Assembly: GCA_002811645.1 (NCBI GenBank)
Contig: PDIP01000049.1
Location: 1 to 54,293 of the forward strand
Source of the DNA: Corallochytrium limacisporum Hawaii
Lineage: Eukaryota; Protista; Pluriformea
Direction: 5' to 3'
Length of the DNA stretch: 54,293 nt
A program made the translations under genes and the position numbers. Positions 41,181 to 52,000 of this stretch are shown here, in pieces. The notes beneath the pieces are model-generated. The model was given only the letters and a program-made list of their open reading frames with translations. It did not search any database and had not been told where the DNA came from. How positions within the stretch are numbered: position 1 is the stretch's first letter; every line of letters starts with the position of its first letter.

Positions 41181-43634
41181 ATGCCTGACACGTTCATGTT
41201 ATCAACACAGAATTCGATGGGGCTCGGTGTTAGCCAGCACACTATACCAGAAGTGCAGCCATCCCAAACTCGACGACTACCCAAGAAGTATCTGATGCGC
41301 ATCCAACAGTCCGGATGGTCCCTGCGTCCGACGGCATCGACTTTCTTTGCGGAACGTCTCAATGACCTGCCCGAAGAGAGCCGGATAGAGTTTGTGGATC
41401 TGGTGCTGGAGAAGCTCGGGACCTCTAACATTCTTAAGCATGACTCTAGATTGGGCAAGGCTAAGGTATTGGACTGGAAAGCCGTGAAACAGGCCATGGA
41501 GGAAGTGGTGGATGATCGAGAGGCAACCATGAAAGTTATTGATGCCGACACAGCCGACATCTCTGCGTTCACTCGGCAGGAAAAGGTCAAAACCTTCCGC
41601 CTTGTCGACACCTTTGCACTGAAACGCATGGTATTTAACAAGGACAGACGGACTTTTGTACCGGCACAACCCCTGAAGAGCGGATCCTCTCTTCTCCTTG
41701 GAGATGCAGCCGACCGGCCGCGCACTTTTCGGGACCGCTTCGACCTTTTGCTGTCCAAGGTCTTCCGCCTTCCACAGTTCCGCAAGGAAGGCTTGCCATA
41801 CTCTACAAACAGCAGCAGCGAAGATACTGATAAGGGGACAGTCGTTGGGAATGATGGTGGAGTGGATCGCAAGTTTACTCTCACTCCGTTGGAGGCGGTG
41901 GCCGGCACGGAAGCGGGCAAGTTGATTTACGTTTTTGGCATGCTCGCGCGCAACATGGAAACAGGCAGCGGTTTGTGCCTGGAGAGTCCACTGGCCCGCG
42001 TGCCCATTGTGCTGGCTGAGGACATGGTCATGAGCCAAAATCTATTCTACCACGGCTGTTTTGTGCTGTGTTCTGGCATTGTGCGTGGTGGTCAGTTGAT
42101 TGTGGGCGACATGACCATGCCCGGTGCCGAGTCGCGAGACGAATCCATACGCTACTATCGCACTGTAGACTTCACTGGGGGCGAGCGGACGTTCCAGGGC
42201 GGACGATACGAAGAGCTCCTTGGACAGGAGCAGCGCCTGGATGTGGAAGTCACGGTGTTTAGTGACTTTACTCTCGATGATCCGCAGGTCCTGGAACGCT
42301 TCGAAGGCCTTCTCCATCGTTGGGAGGAGATGGATCTGCCTGGCCCAGACGTGTATATTTTTTGCGGTCCATTCCTGTCCACGAACAGTGGTATGTCCGT
42401 TGGGAACATTTCTGCCAGGCACGACCGACACCACGCCATGCACCGCCTGCAGAAGGCCTTGGCACACTTTGGACGGCTGCTGGACCGCCATAAGAGTCTG
42501 ATCCAGGACGTCAAAATGTACTATGTGCCCGCCATGAGCGACCCGGGCATGGGCTCTGTCATGCCCCGGCCTCCAATTCCTGCTTTCGTGACCGAACAGT
42601 TCCGCAAGAAGTTTCCTACCGCCGAATTTACTACCAATCCGTGCCGTATCCGTTGGATGACACAGGAAATCGTTGTGGTGCGGCATGACACATTCAACCG
42701 CTTACGTCGTAATGTTAAGATTAAGACCACTGCGGACGACTCCATGACAGAAGCTGACGACGGAGAGCAACTGTGGGGTGATCAGGACAGTCGATGGTTT
42801 GCCAAGACCGTGCTTGACCAAGCAGATTGCGTGCCCTTGCCATCTGCTTTGCGTCCAACCTACTGGAATCTCGACCACACTCTATGGTTGTACCCCTTGC
42901 CGGACGTTGTCATTACCGCGGATAACACGGAGAGCTTCCACTTCAAGTATTACGACACTTCTGTTGTGAACCCGGGACCGTTCAATCGTGGAGACCATGA
43001 CTTTGTAAACTATCTCGCTGCAGCGCGGACAATGCAACAGATGACTGCCTCTGTAGATGCCCAGTTGCAAACAGATAATGGTATGGATACACAGCAACGG
43101 GAGCAACAGCAATCAGCTGCGGTCACGGTGGTAGCAAATAAGGAGAACATTGAGCCCACTTATTCTGCCGCTGCAACTATCGCTATCGACGATGATGGAC
43201 ATAGGGGGTTGAACGATGCCATGGACGTTGAAGAGGAGGAAATCCAGCCACAGAAAACGAGCCTGTCCTCACAGAACCAGAGACCCTCAGAACGGGGTAG
43301 TGCCGTAGACGCCGGTAACGACGATGGCTTCAGTTCCATGCAGAATCAGGAACACCTGGTGATTCCTGAGACACAACGTCTGGACACGGAATCAATGGAA
43401 ACACAGCAGGAGGAAGGAGAAGTAAATTCAATCACACACGCTGAAGTGAATCGATCCGCGAACTCTATCCAATCATTCACCCAGGAATTCGGGGATGGCA
43501 CTGCTCCGCAAGCCCCGCCTGCCGTTTCCACCCCCAATGAAACATGTGTAGACAATGCGGAGAGTCTTCATCAGCTGCCAAAAGGGCCATCACTTGACGA
43601 TATCATTGACGATGATGACGACGAGGACGAGTGA
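41181..43634 (+). CDS. POLE2: DNA polymerase epsilon subunit 2 (DPB2)
   Basis: FRDRF, VFGML, GCFVL, FCGPF, VP..DPG..VMPRPPIP, TTNPCRI, PTYWNLDHTLWLYPLPD, NPGPF; acidic disordered C-terminal extension. Confidence 0.92.
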   Translation: MPDTFMLSTQNSMGLGVSQHTIPEVQPSQTRRLPKKYLMRIQQSGWSLRPTASTFFAERLNDLPEESRIEFVDLVLEKLGTSNILKHDSRLGKAKVLDWKAVKQAMEEVVDDREATMKVIDADTADISAFTRQEKVKTFRLVDTFALKRMVFNKDRRTFVPAQPLKSGSSLLLGDAADRPRTFRDRFDLLLSKVFRLPQFRKEGLPYSTNSSSEDTDKGTVVGNDGGVDRKFTLTPLEAVAGTEAGKLIYVFGMLARNMETGSGLCLESPLARVPIVLAEDMVMSQNLFYHGCFVLCSGIVRGGQLIVGDMTMPGAESRDESIRYYRTVDFTGGERTFQGGRYEELLGQEQRLDVEVTVFSDFTLDDPQVLERFEGLLHRWEEMDLPGPDVYIFCGPFLSTNSGMSVGNISARHDRHHAMHRLQKALAHFGRLLDRHKSLIQDVKMYYVPAMSDPGMGSVMPRPPIPAFVTEQFRKKFPTAEFTTNPCRIRWMTQEIVVVRHDTFNRLRRNVKIKTTADDSMTEADDGEQLWGDQDSRWFAKTVLDQADCVPLPSALRPTYWNLDHTLWLYPLPDVVITADNTESFHFKYYDTSVVNPGPFNRGDHDFVNYLAAARTMQQMTASVDAQLQTDNGMDTQQREQQQSAAVTVVANKENIEPTYSAAATIAIDDDGHRGLNDAMDVEEEEIQPQKTSLSSQNQRPSERGSAVDAGNDDGFSSMQNQEHLVIPETQRLDTESMETQQEEGEVNSITHAEVNRSANSIQSFTQEFGDGTAPQAPPAVSTPNETCVDNAESLHQLPKGPSLDDIIDDDDDEDE

Positions 43635-44628
43635 AAAAATCGATCATTTCCACAGAGAACCCAATTAAACCATTGCCACCACAACTGGTTCGATGTAACC
43701 ACCACAACGTAGCTAGAGAGTCCCGCAGGATTGACCTGCAAAAGCAGCCTCACCCGCGGGCATCCGTGTATCTTCCAACAGTCTCGCTCCAAGTCGAGAA
43801 CTCTACTGGACTTGGAGAAGAAACCTTTCCCGACACTTCCGTGCCCCTCCCCGCCTCTGCTCGAGCTCGTCACTGAGGGCGCCACTGAACTGGTCCTGTA
43901 CGGCCACACAGCAACAGCCCCCCGGCCAACCGCACCAGAACCAACTCAACCCCCCCAAATTCTCTCTTCCCGCTTGTTCCAGAAGCCACTCTCCCGGTGT
44001 GGAGAAATTTTCCGCAAAACTAAACTTTTCACACTCACTGTGCGGCACACTGTGCCAAGACCCCCCCTCCACCGCGCGCATCCCTTCCCTCTTCTGCACT
44101 CAATTGCGGTTGTGAGGGGGACCGACAAAGTTTTCGCAGGTGCGCCTCCCTCGTTCAACCCACACCGCGCAAGGGCTAAAGACCAGGGGCCTCGCGGCGA
44201 AAGCAGCTGGGCGTGAAGGGAACCCGGGGACCCGCGGTTCGTTTTTTGAAAGAGAAGGGAGAAGGAGGGGGGAGGGAAGTGCGGGTCTCGCCGACACGAC
44301 TCGGTGGCACACTGGACTGGTGGCTGAGTGGGCCAATCCTCTCCTGTCCGTGCCGGAGGTATTTCGGAAAGCGTAAGCTTGGATGCTTGAGTTCAGTTGT
44401 TGTGTATACAGGCCTTTGTCTTTTGCTGATGGATCTGTGCGTTTGATAGGAGACGCCTGTAATGGACAGTCCCTTTCAAGGAAGGATAGAGTCAGCTGAG
44501 GGCTTTTTACCCAATAGTGGAGGAAACGAGAAAACATTGCAAGTGCCCTCAACAGTTCCATACCACATATCCATTTTAGCGAAGTTGTTGCAATTGAGGT
44601 ACGGAAGTTTACATGAGCAAGAGTAGTA

Positions 44629-46725
44629 ATGATTTCTCGCATCGGTTTGCGTAATATGCGGCGGGTGCGAGTATCACCTGCCACCCAACGGTTCTTTCAG
44701 ACCTGCTCCTCGGGCCCAACTGGAAAAAGCGCTGTCCGGGCCACAATGACTAAGGCAGCGGCAGTGGGCACCGTCGTACTTATTGGTACTTTGCCAACGG
44801 CACTGTTCTACTCTGGTGCCTGGCAACCTACAGCAGACCATTACCGCTCGCTGATCGACCGCCTGGGTTTGCTTAAGGAAGCGCAGTGTTTGCCACGGCA
44901 GATCCGCAATCCTAGTGAAGTATTTCCCTTGGTGCAGACAAGAAATTCACAGCAATTACAGTATTTCCTGGACAGCATGCGAAACGACGAGGGTGATGAG
45001 GCCGTGAAGAAGGCAGTGAACACCAGGCACAAGCTCGGATGGGTTCCCTTGCATATTGCTTGTATCAATGGTGACCACAAGTGTGTGGACATTCTACTGG
45101 ACGCAGGTGCTAACCCGGACGAAGTGGATGAGTATCGTCTGCCAGGACCAGGCAATCGCAGTCCCAACAAACCACGTGACGACCGCTTGACAAATGCTAA
45201 CCATGGTCACCACACATTCGGCAACACCATGGAGATAATGCGCATCCGTATCAACGAATTTTCCAAGATTGTGCATCCCCAGACCAACACTCAGGGCTTT
45301 ACACCGCTCCACTATGCGGTCCTCAGCAACGAACCGCGAGTGGTGGAGAGTCTGCTGGCTGCAGGTGCGGATCCGACGATGAAGGACGACGAGGGTCATC
45401 AGGCCTTGGCGTATGCCGAGGACAGTGGCGTGAGCTCTGAAGGTCTGAAAATTGCTGAACTCCTCCGGCACGGCGAGGAGCAATTCTTATGGCTCAAGGA
45501 AGCCCGGGACAAGGAATTGCGGCGCAAGTACCCGCTCGAGCAGAGATTGCGTGAGGATTTCATTGGCCAACTGGGACCTATCCAGGCAGTCAGCGGTGCC
45601 ATCCGCCGGCGAGAAAACGGTTGGCATGACGAAGACCATCCTCTGGTCTTCCTGTTTCTGGGATCCTCTGGCATAGGCAAGACTGAATTGGCTAAGCGCA
45701 TTGCTAACTACTACCACAAGGGCGATCCCAAAGGCTTCATTCGCATTGACATGAGCGAGTTTCAGACCCGGCATGAAGTGGCGAAATTCATTGGCAGTCC
45801 TCCGGGATACGTCGGCCACGAAGAAGGCGGGCAGCTTACAGAGAAATTACGCCAGTGCCCAAATGCAGTGGTTCTGCTGGACGAGGTGGAGAAGTGCCAC
45901 CCCGATATTCTGACTATCATGCTCCAGCTCTTTGACGAAGGCCGACTGACGGACGGCAAGGGCCAGACCATTGACTGCAAAGACGCTGTATTTGTTATGA
46001 CATCCAATTTGGCTTCAGATCACATAGCTGAACATGGAATGGATCTACGACGAATGGCTATGGAGCGCAAGAGAGCGCATTTCGTGGGTAGAAATGCGTC
46101 TAGTCAAAGTAACCGCACCACCGCTGCCGTTGGTACTCTTCAGGACGAACTTAACAAGGACAAGGATCACCAGCACCCGGTAACAGGCGCGCAACAGCAG
46201 GTAGACATTGATGGAGAGAGTGCCGGTATCACCGAAGTAAGCAAAAGCTTTCGTGAACAGATTGTGATGCCCATTCTGAAGGCTCATTTCCAGCGTGACG
46301 AATTCCTAGGACGTATTGATGAGATCCTTTACTTCTTACCATTCAGTGACGCCGAAGTGCACCAGCTGGTCACTCTTGAACTCGACCGTTGGAACCGCAA
46401 GGCCGCAGAACGGCACGGCATGAGCCTCACCTGGGACCCGCACGTGGTTACTGCCCTTGCGGATGACTACAACGTTCACTACGGCGCCCGGAGCATCAAA
46501 CACGCTGTCGGCCGGCGCGTCATTAACCAACTGGCTCACGCGCACGAAATGGACGTGCTCAAGAAGGGATCAGAGGTTCATATCTACCTAAAAGACGACA
46601 AGATCCACTTGCGAGTAACCAATCGCGGCGACGACGGCCAGTCTGGAGGCAATGGCGGTTTCACGAGCTGGTTCTCTTCCCGTAATAACAAAAAAGCCAA
46701 GTCTCAGCCCGTGGAAGTAAATTAG
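44629..46725 (+). CDS. CLPB: Mitochondrial ankyrin-repeat AAA+ disaggregase CLPB/Skd3
   Basis: Presequence and hydrophobic segment, ankyrins (RHKLGWVPLH, GFTPLHYAV), YPLEQRL, GSSGIGKT, IGSPPGYVG, LLDEVEK, GARSIK. Confidence 0.95.
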   Translation: MISRIGLRNMRRVRVSPATQRFFQTCSSGPTGKSAVRATMTKAAAVGTVVLIGTLPTALFYSGAWQPTADHYRSLIDRLGLLKEAQCLPRQIRNPSEVFPLVQTRNSQQLQYFLDSMRNDEGDEAVKKAVNTRHKLGWVPLHIACINGDHKCVDILLDAGANPDEVDEYRLPGPGNRSPNKPRDDRLTNANHGHHTFGNTMEIMRIRINEFSKIVHPQTNTQGFTPLHYAVLSNEPRVVESLLAAGADPTMKDDEGHQALAYAEDSGVSSEGLKIAELLRHGEEQFLWLKEARDKELRRKYPLEQRLREDFIGQLGPIQAVSGAIRRRENGWHDEDHPLVFLFLGSSGIGKTELAKRIANYYHKGDPKGFIRIDMSEFQTRHEVAKFIGSPPGYVGHEEGGQLTEKLRQCPNAVVLLDEVEKCHPDILTIMLQLFDEGRLTDGKGQTIDCKDAVFVMTSNLASDHIAEHGMDLRRMAMERKRAHFVGRNASSQSNRTTAAVGTLQDELNKDKDHQHPVTGAQQQVDIDGESAGITEVSKSFREQIVMPILKAHFQRDEFLGRIDEILYFLPFSDAEVHQLVTLELDRWNRKAAERHGMSLTWDPHVVTALADDYNVHYGARSIKHAVGRRVINQLAHAHEMDVLKKGSEVHIYLKDDKIHLRVTNRGDDGQSGGNGGFTSWFSSRNNKKAKSQPVEVN

Positions 46726-46967
46726 AAAATGATAACTAAACATGATAAAGAAGGAGGGATTCGAGCAAAGCGTCTCTCCTGCAACCATACCCGACGATGA
46801 GTCCACAATTCCCCGATTGAAGTGCGAATGACATTTTGGTGTTTTGTTTACATTACTATATTTACGTCTCTCCCTTTAAGCCTTCGACAATGAAAGGAGG
46901 GGCGAGTTTGCGTCCGCCAGTGTTGTTGAGTGTACAAAAAAAGTCAAGAAAACAGCCATCGGTTGCT

Positions 46968-47957
46968 TTACTCTCCCAGAGCCTGCTTGCGCTCATCCCG
47001 CAACTCATCTTCAGTGGCCTTCATCTTCTGCCTGCTGAAGTCATCAATTTCCAGACCCTGCACAATCTCGTAGGTGCCGTTCTTGGTCTTCACTGGGTAA
47101 GAGTAGACGATGCCCGGAGCAATACCATAGGATCCGTCCGAGGGTACGCCCATGCTCACCCATTCGCCTTCGGGGGTGCCCAAGAACCAGCTGCGCATGT
47201 GGTTTGCAGTGGCATTGGCAGCAGACATGGCGGAACTGAGCTTGCGGGCCTTGATGATGGCGGCACCGCGCTGCTGCACGCACTTGATGAACTCACCTTG
47301 CAGGAAGGCATCGTCATTGATGGCCTCCTTGATCGGCTTGGCAACACCACCGATCTCGACGGTGCCGTGAGACACGTCGGGATACTGTGTGCTGGAGTGG
47401 TTACCCCAGATAATGACGTTCTTGACCTGGTTAACGGGCACGTTGCAGCGCATAGCAACCTGAGCAGCAGCGCGGTTGTGGTCGAGGCGGGTCAGGGCAG
47501 TGAAGTTCTCCTTGGGGATGGAGGGGGCGTTCTTTGAGGCAATCATGGCGTTGGTGTTGGCCGGGTTGCCGACGACGACGACCTTCACAGTCTTCTTGGC
47601 GACAGCATCAAGGGCCTTACCCTGGCCTTCGAAAATGTTAGCGTTGGCCTTGAGCAGATCCTTACGCTCCATACCTTCCTTACGGGGCATGGCACCGACC
47701 AGCATGGCGGCGTCGAGATCCTTGAAGGCAACCATGGGATCGGTACAGGGGGTGATCTCGCGCAGCAGAGGGAGGGCGCAGTCACGCAGCTCCATAATTA
47801 CTCCCTCGAGTGCGGAGGCCATCATGGGGAGATCGAGCAGGCGCAGGTTGACAGGCTGGTCGTCACCAAAGGCAAGGCCCTTGCCGACAGCAATGACCAG
47901 CGAGTAGGCGATCTGGCCAGCGGCACCGGTAACGCAAACGTTGATGGGGTCCTTCAT
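46968..47957 (-). CDS. MDH1: Cytosolic malate dehydrogenase
   Basis: [66 protein letters not shown]; strong C/G-ending codon bias. Confidence 0.97.
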   Translation of the reverse strand: MKDPINVCVTGAAGQIAYSLVIAVGKGLAFGDDQPVNLRLLDLPMMASALEGVIMELRDCALPLLREITPCTDPMVAFKDLDAAMLVGAMPRKEGMERKDLLKANANIFEGQGKALDAVAKKTVKVVVVGNPANTNAMIASKNAPSIPKENFTALTRLDHNRAAAQVAMRCNVPVNQVKNVIIWGNHSSTQYPDVSHGTVEIGGVAKPIKEAINDDAFLQGEFIKCVQQRGAAIIKARKLSSAMSAANATANHMRSWFLGTPEGEWVSMGVPSDGSYGIAPGIVYSYPVKTKNGTYEIVQGLEIDDFSRQKMKATEDELRDERKQALGE

Positions 47958-48008
47958 TGTAGATTATTGGTTGGAACGAATAGGAAACAAACGTGTCGGG
48001 ATGTCAAA

Positions 48009-48358
48009 CTAGGTTAGTCCGAGCTGTGTTACTTCCTCAAAATCCGTTTACACGTGATAAAGACCAGTCACACTCAAATAGCCACACCTGCTCCAAGACA
48101 TTAGGTGATGACCACGTCAACTTTTGGGCGCAGCCATCCTCTCCAACACGGCCTGAAATCTGTCTCAAGCAGTTACAAACGCTGCACGGGATTGAGAGAT
48201 CACATGGAAATAGAGGCTGCCAACTGAGAAAACAAAAGGAGTGCCAACACTCCAAGGCTTCTTGTTATCGCCGACAATCCCTCCCGGCGATCCGCGCAGA
48301 GTCACTTGGGCACTAAGGCTGCCCTGTCCTGAATTCCAAAAAAAGCACACGTACTCAC
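48009..48358 (-). other. Candidate 5'-UTR intron of MDH1
   Basis: On the minus strand: donor TG|GTGAGT at 48358 and branch-plus-acceptor GACTAACCTAG ending at 48009, 51 nt before the ATG. Confidence 0.4.
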
Positions 48359-49684
48359 CACCACCCTTTCGAGTTAAAGTGACCTGCCGAATGATGAGCC
48401 ATCAGAGCCAACTCCCGGGCACGGGAGGAAAACGGGACGGAAGCTTTACTCTAGTCCGTTTCTTGTGTTGTTGCGATGGCTTTGGATAAACAATGGACCA
48501 CTGCGGAGTTATTCCAATTGCACGTTACCGGACCCACAACAGGTGCCAAACTGACGGGAGTCCAAACTCGAACGGCTCCCAGATTACGCCAACACAACAC
48601 CGCCCACCCACAACTCCTTGCAGTGTTCGAATCCCACAGCCACCAACCCCAAAAATACTTTGCTCAAAAACTCAAAGCGAGAGACGAGGGCAGAGCGCTC
48701 AGATCGCGTGGTGCTTTTCCACCAGCACTGACGTTCGCCCCGAGAATTGTGGGCGGGACTGGGCTCTCACCCGTGTTTCTTTTCGTTTCTTTCCCCCTTT
48801 TATTTTATTTTTTTTTTCGGGGTGAATAGAAAACACCAACAAAGGCACTGTGGCAGGCACTGGTTTCTTTAGGTGGTTCGGAAGCCGCCCGATGGTGTGT
48901 GTATAGCTCCCCCCATCCGCCCCCGGGGGGGGGGGCTTTTCGGTGCTGCGCTTTTGCCCCCCTTTTTGCTCTTCGGGTTTTTTCTTTCTCTTTTTCTTTT
49001 TTTTTTTCTTTGGGTCTTCCGTGTCTCACCTTCGGCTAATACGGACGGTCCTGGATGGAATGGGAAGCCTAGCGGGTCTGAGAGTATGATGTAGTGCCTG
49101 TGGTTGGTTGCAGTACCCAGGTCTCCCAATTGATACCATTTGTGCTGACTCGGTAGGGGGGGGGGTAAATAATGAGTTTGACGTGTATCGCCTCGCGACC
49201 CGCTCAGTGTGCCGGACACGGAGCTCTGGAGCAGAGGCCTCACGAGGAAAGCAAAAGAATGTGAACAGCTCGACACTAGACCTTCCGCACCGCTTCGCAC
49301 AACACGATGATGCTAACGGACGGACACATAGATTGTATATGTAGGAACAAGAAGGATGAGGCTGAGCCGCGATGGTATCTGTGCCTCAGATCAGTTGCAA
49401 TTCAAAGACTTCAGGGACGGAACGAGCAAAATTTCTTTTTTGTGGGGGGGGAGGGCCTAAGCACACACGGGGCTTGATTCTATTTTTGTCACAATTGCGT
49501 GGGTTGCTTTAAAATATGTCAGGATATTAAATGTTCATATTATAACTATTAATAAGAGATTAAACTCCGTTTACTCTAGATTTTACAAAAAGGTCAGTAT
49601 GTAAAATATTTACCTATCGACCCCCCCAGTCGGGCAGTTTTCTTGCTTTGTTCTGGCTAACAGCGGTTGGGCAATTCTAGCCAT

Positions 49685-50141
49685 ATCCTTACTATGCAGG
49701 AGCTGACCCCCGGGCGAGCCCCTGCGAAGCCACCCCCCACCTTCCCCAGCGGGGCCTGAGGTGCGAGAGGAGGGTCTCTACGTCACTGAGAGCCCCGTGG
49801 CGGGCCCTGAGCGCGGTTCTGGAGGTGGGGGTTGGTTGTAGCAGGCCTCAACGGTGTTGACGATGCCGGAGATGCCTGACGGGTATGTCCGTACATCATG
49901 CTGATAGAGCCTCCAGCCGTCCTCAGGGTGGTTAGTGAAGAACGGTTGGTTTGTTGGAAATCGCAGAGCTGTAGTGAGGAGATTATCTTTCTATATACAG
50001 ACCATCCGTTGCCCAGCCGAAGATTCAGTAATCGCAAACTTGGCTGACGGAGACCCGTCCGCAGTGAACGGTTTCAGGGGCCTTGGCATGCTAACGGCTG
50101 CGTGACTAGTCAGATTCTGAATGCATAAGGCTTCTAAGGAT
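49685..50141 (+). ncRNA. Unassigned ~460-nt structured RNA candidate (partly RNase P/MRP-like topology)
   Basis: Paired ends (ATCCTTA/TAAGGAT, TATGCA/TGCATA, CTGAC/GTCAG); many nested helices whose mismatches are G-U pairs only on the + strand; AT-rich tract upstream; TTTT just downstream. Confidence 0.55.
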
Positions 50142-52000
50142 CTTTACACATTTTCTCCTCTGGCATCTTTAGTGGAAAATTCTAAGGGTAGCAAAAAGAT
50201 GGGTTAGTTGCTTTGTCCAAAAACAAATCAAAGTTGGATGGAAGAGACCAAGGCGGTTCCTACGATACTCATCTGTACACGATCTGAAAACCAAGGGAAA
50301 GGAAGGAAAGAGAAAAAACTGCATGCACAGTTGAGGTCGAAACCGCTCAGACATCCAAGGAAGTATTAACCCACATCGGTTCTCAGGCGACGCAACCGCG
50401 CGGGTTAAACGTCTCGAACCTCGAGTGGAAACTGCGAATAGAGGAATAGTCTTCAGCATCGCGGTGACCCGTGAATGTGCAAACAGTGCAGAGCTCTTTT
50501 TTGTTCCTTTCTTCTTCTCGTTCCCTTTTGAAGAAGTTCACGGATCGTATGCAAATGTCCGGATCGACAGGCGAACTCGCGACCATAGCTGGTCGTCAAA
50601 AACCGATTGTGCAGTACCTACCTATGCACTTCTGCTGAAAAGTGACCGTTCAGCGACAAAGATAATTAATTTTCAATGAAACATAAGGTGTGTCTAAAGG
50701 CGCCATAAAATTGCGAATAGAGTAATCAAAGAGGGTTAGCATTACAGTCTCCAAATACACAAGTCTTATAAGAACCATGCACGAGAGGAGAAACAAAGGA
50801 GAAGATCGTCAGCTGTGTAGACTTAAAGATTCCTTTTCTTTGTCAGAGCATACTGGCTTGGAATGACAAAAGTCATTCACGAGAGCAGTCATCTTGGTCG
50901 ATATGTTGGGGAAAGAAGGAGTCCTTCTTGGGAGTCATCAGTCAAAAAGGAACCGCAAATACACACACACAAACGAAACAGATCCTGTTACAACCTCATA
51001 AACAAAATCCCGGGGGTCTTGGTGCATGGAAAAATCATTACTTACCATTTAAGCACGGAAAGGGATCAATGCATAAGCACACGCACGACGTAGCGGCTTG
51101 TGGGCCCCAAACCCATGGGGCCAAGTAAACTTTAGTCTAATATCTTTTCCCGGCTAGTCCCATGTTTTTTCTAGCTCTATCACAATTCTTGGTTTTCAGG
51201 ATCAACAGAACAGAACTGATTCAATGGATGTAAACGGGCGAAACTATGCCCACATTGTTCGCACAATGGAAAACCAGTCATTTCGGTCCGTAGCCAGCAT
51301 AGCGCTCATGCGGTCCCACCACAGGCACCGCGCGCCCTTACACACACTCCCCCCCCGCGCTCTGCCCCTTAGGCCCACGCGACACCGGCGTGGGACCGGT
51401 ACTGAATGTACCGAAGACACGAATATTTCGAACCGGATCCATAGTGAATGTATAGTCAGAAGACATCGCAGTACTCAAATGCAGGCAAATGCACTCTCCG
51501 TACACAAAGTACGTGGTACACTCATACCAACTCAAGGCGGTCCCGGGCTCAATTTTTTCCTTGGCACCTCCTCTGTCAGCCACTCGGGTCAAAATGATTT
51601 TGCAGCGGGTGAGGTGGCGGTTTTTGAGCGATCACACCGGGAAACCTTGGGGGGGATGAAGTAGCGGGTATTACCTGAGTATTACACCTCGTCTCGATCA
51701 ATGCAGCGAGCTGCCGTTTCCCTCCGGTCCTTTACCCGCCATCCCGCACAGACCACACACACACACCCCCTTTTTTTGCCGCTGGTATGGTGGGTGTAAA
51801 CTCTCTCTTGGGCACCTCGGTCTTTGCAAGTTTGTGAGCCAGGGCAGCGGAATCTCAACCACGTAGTAAAAAGCGTTCAAAAATCTCTTCAGTTCGTTGG
51901 GGCCCCGCTTCACCTTTGTATGATCGGACCGTGCGTGATCTGGCGAATGCCAGTACCCAAACCAACCAAAAGAACCCCCCCCCCCTTCCTTCCTTCCTTC

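Noticed and set aside
46940-46970. MDH1 stop-codon readthrough to a peroxisomal isoform, as in animals
   Set aside because: The stop is TAA-AGC rather than TGA-CTAG, and the extension SNRWLFS has no PTS1
46836-47907. Antisense ORFs over MDH1, and similar ones over the cyclase, POLE2 and CLPB
   Set aside because: Shadow ORFs caused by codon bias of the real genes
48620-48640. GTTCGAATCC tRNA T-loop/B-box-like motif
   Set aside because: The T-stem does not pair and no cloverleaf can be built
49460-49480. ACACGGGGCTTGATTC resembling RNase MRP CR-V
   Set aside because: No matching GAAAGTCCCC CR-I upstream
49495-49507. TTGCGTGGGTTGC as a possible 1.5-repeat telomerase template on the minus strand
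   Set aside because: No downstream pseudoknot found and the organism's telomere repeat is unknown
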